From: an uncultured Bacillota bacterium
GTDB taxonomy: Bacteria > Bacillota > DTU025 > MWDF01
Length of the DNA: 64,000 nucleotides
Direction of reading: 5' to 3'
Assembly: GCA_963823655.1 (NCBI GenBank)
Contig: CAWGMK010000006.1
Location: 1 to 64,000, forward strand
Position 1 is the stretch's first letter. Every line of letters begins with the position of its first letter. The position numbers were made by a program, and so were the translations under genes. Below are positions 63,641 through 64,000 of this stretch, one piece after another. The notes below the pieces were generated by a model. That model was not told where the DNA came from, made no database searches, and worked only from the letters and a program-made list of their open reading frames with translations.

Positions 63641-64000
63641 CCGCCTGCACCTCCTGGCGGCCGCAGCCGCCTATATAATATCCGATGAGCCCCTCCAGCG
63701 ACTGCTTGGCGTCTTTGATGTCCTTGGAGTAGGCGTATTCAAGGCCGAAGTAATGTGCAATCCCTATAAGATAGTTCGCCGCGGTCTGCTTGTCCCAGCC
63801 GTCGGGAAGCCAGTCCATCCTCTTGAAGTAGCCGCGCATGAAGCCATCGTAGTACTCCTTGGCCGCGGCCGGCACTACGTATTCCGCCTGCCTTACGACA
63901 GGGTAGCAGTCAGGATCGAAGCTTAAATACAAGCAGAACAGGTAAACGCCCGTAAGCTCCTCCTCGAGCCTTGACAGGCCCTTTGGCATGTTCACGCTTA
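63627..64000 (-). CDS. Probable TetR-family regulator, C-terminal part (continues beyond the window)
   Basis: CYPVVRQAEYVVP..KEYY, ANYLIGIAHYFG resemble TetR ligand-binding helices; HTH not in window. Confidence 0.55.
   Translation of the reverse strand, partial: SVNMPKGLSRLEEELTGVYLFCLYLSFDPDCYPVVRQAEYVVPAAAKEYYDGFMRGYFKRMDWLPDGWDKQTAANYLIGIAHYFGLEYAYSKDIKDAKQSLEGLIGYYIGGCGRQEVQADVTG

Overview
The window looks like a composite of three sources rather than one genome. (A) 1-~11,304 is very GC-rich and heavily frameshifted, Acidobacteriota/Myxococcota-like by inference. It holds a trpE-G-D-CF-B-A operon, two paralogous helical-repeat proteins flanking a RodZ-like gene, a DnaJ-TPR protein and a PP2C phosphatase. 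(B) ~11,305-13,004 is an AT-rich, mobile-element-like fragment with a ribbon-helix-helix-like protein, a Zn-finger protein and a truncated SPPY DNA methyltransferase. (C) ~13,005-64,000 is mid-GC DNA of an anaerobic Bacillota-like organism. Both apparent junctions interrupt genes and fall at or next to GATC. Segment C contains, in order: an SLH-anchored metallo-beta-lactamase-fold protein; a LacI-controlled divergent sugar-acid cluster (TctABC, Gfo/Idh/MocA, two TIM-barrel epimerases / UxuB-like SDR, GntK, LarA-family epimerase, Gnd); an orphan cI/Cro-like XRE pair with visible operators beside a NERD-SF1 helicase; MFS; an OmpR-type two-component system; CpdB; Opp/Dpp ABC; CorA; PotABCD-D; a SecB-like protein; TAXI-TRAP; an ABC exporter; FolK; a nucleotidyltransferase; two paralogous lipoproteins; and a TetR-KASIII-CoA transferase-thiolase operon whose KASIII has lost the His/Asn catalytic residues. 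The best candidates for something new are the LarA-dependent sugar-acid pathway with its unknown upper branch, the non-canonical KASIII operon, and the orphan switch with the NERD-helicase. Most frameshifts look like long-read indel errors. No rRNA, tRNA or CRISPR array was seen. All assignments come from motif recognition by eye; no searches were run.
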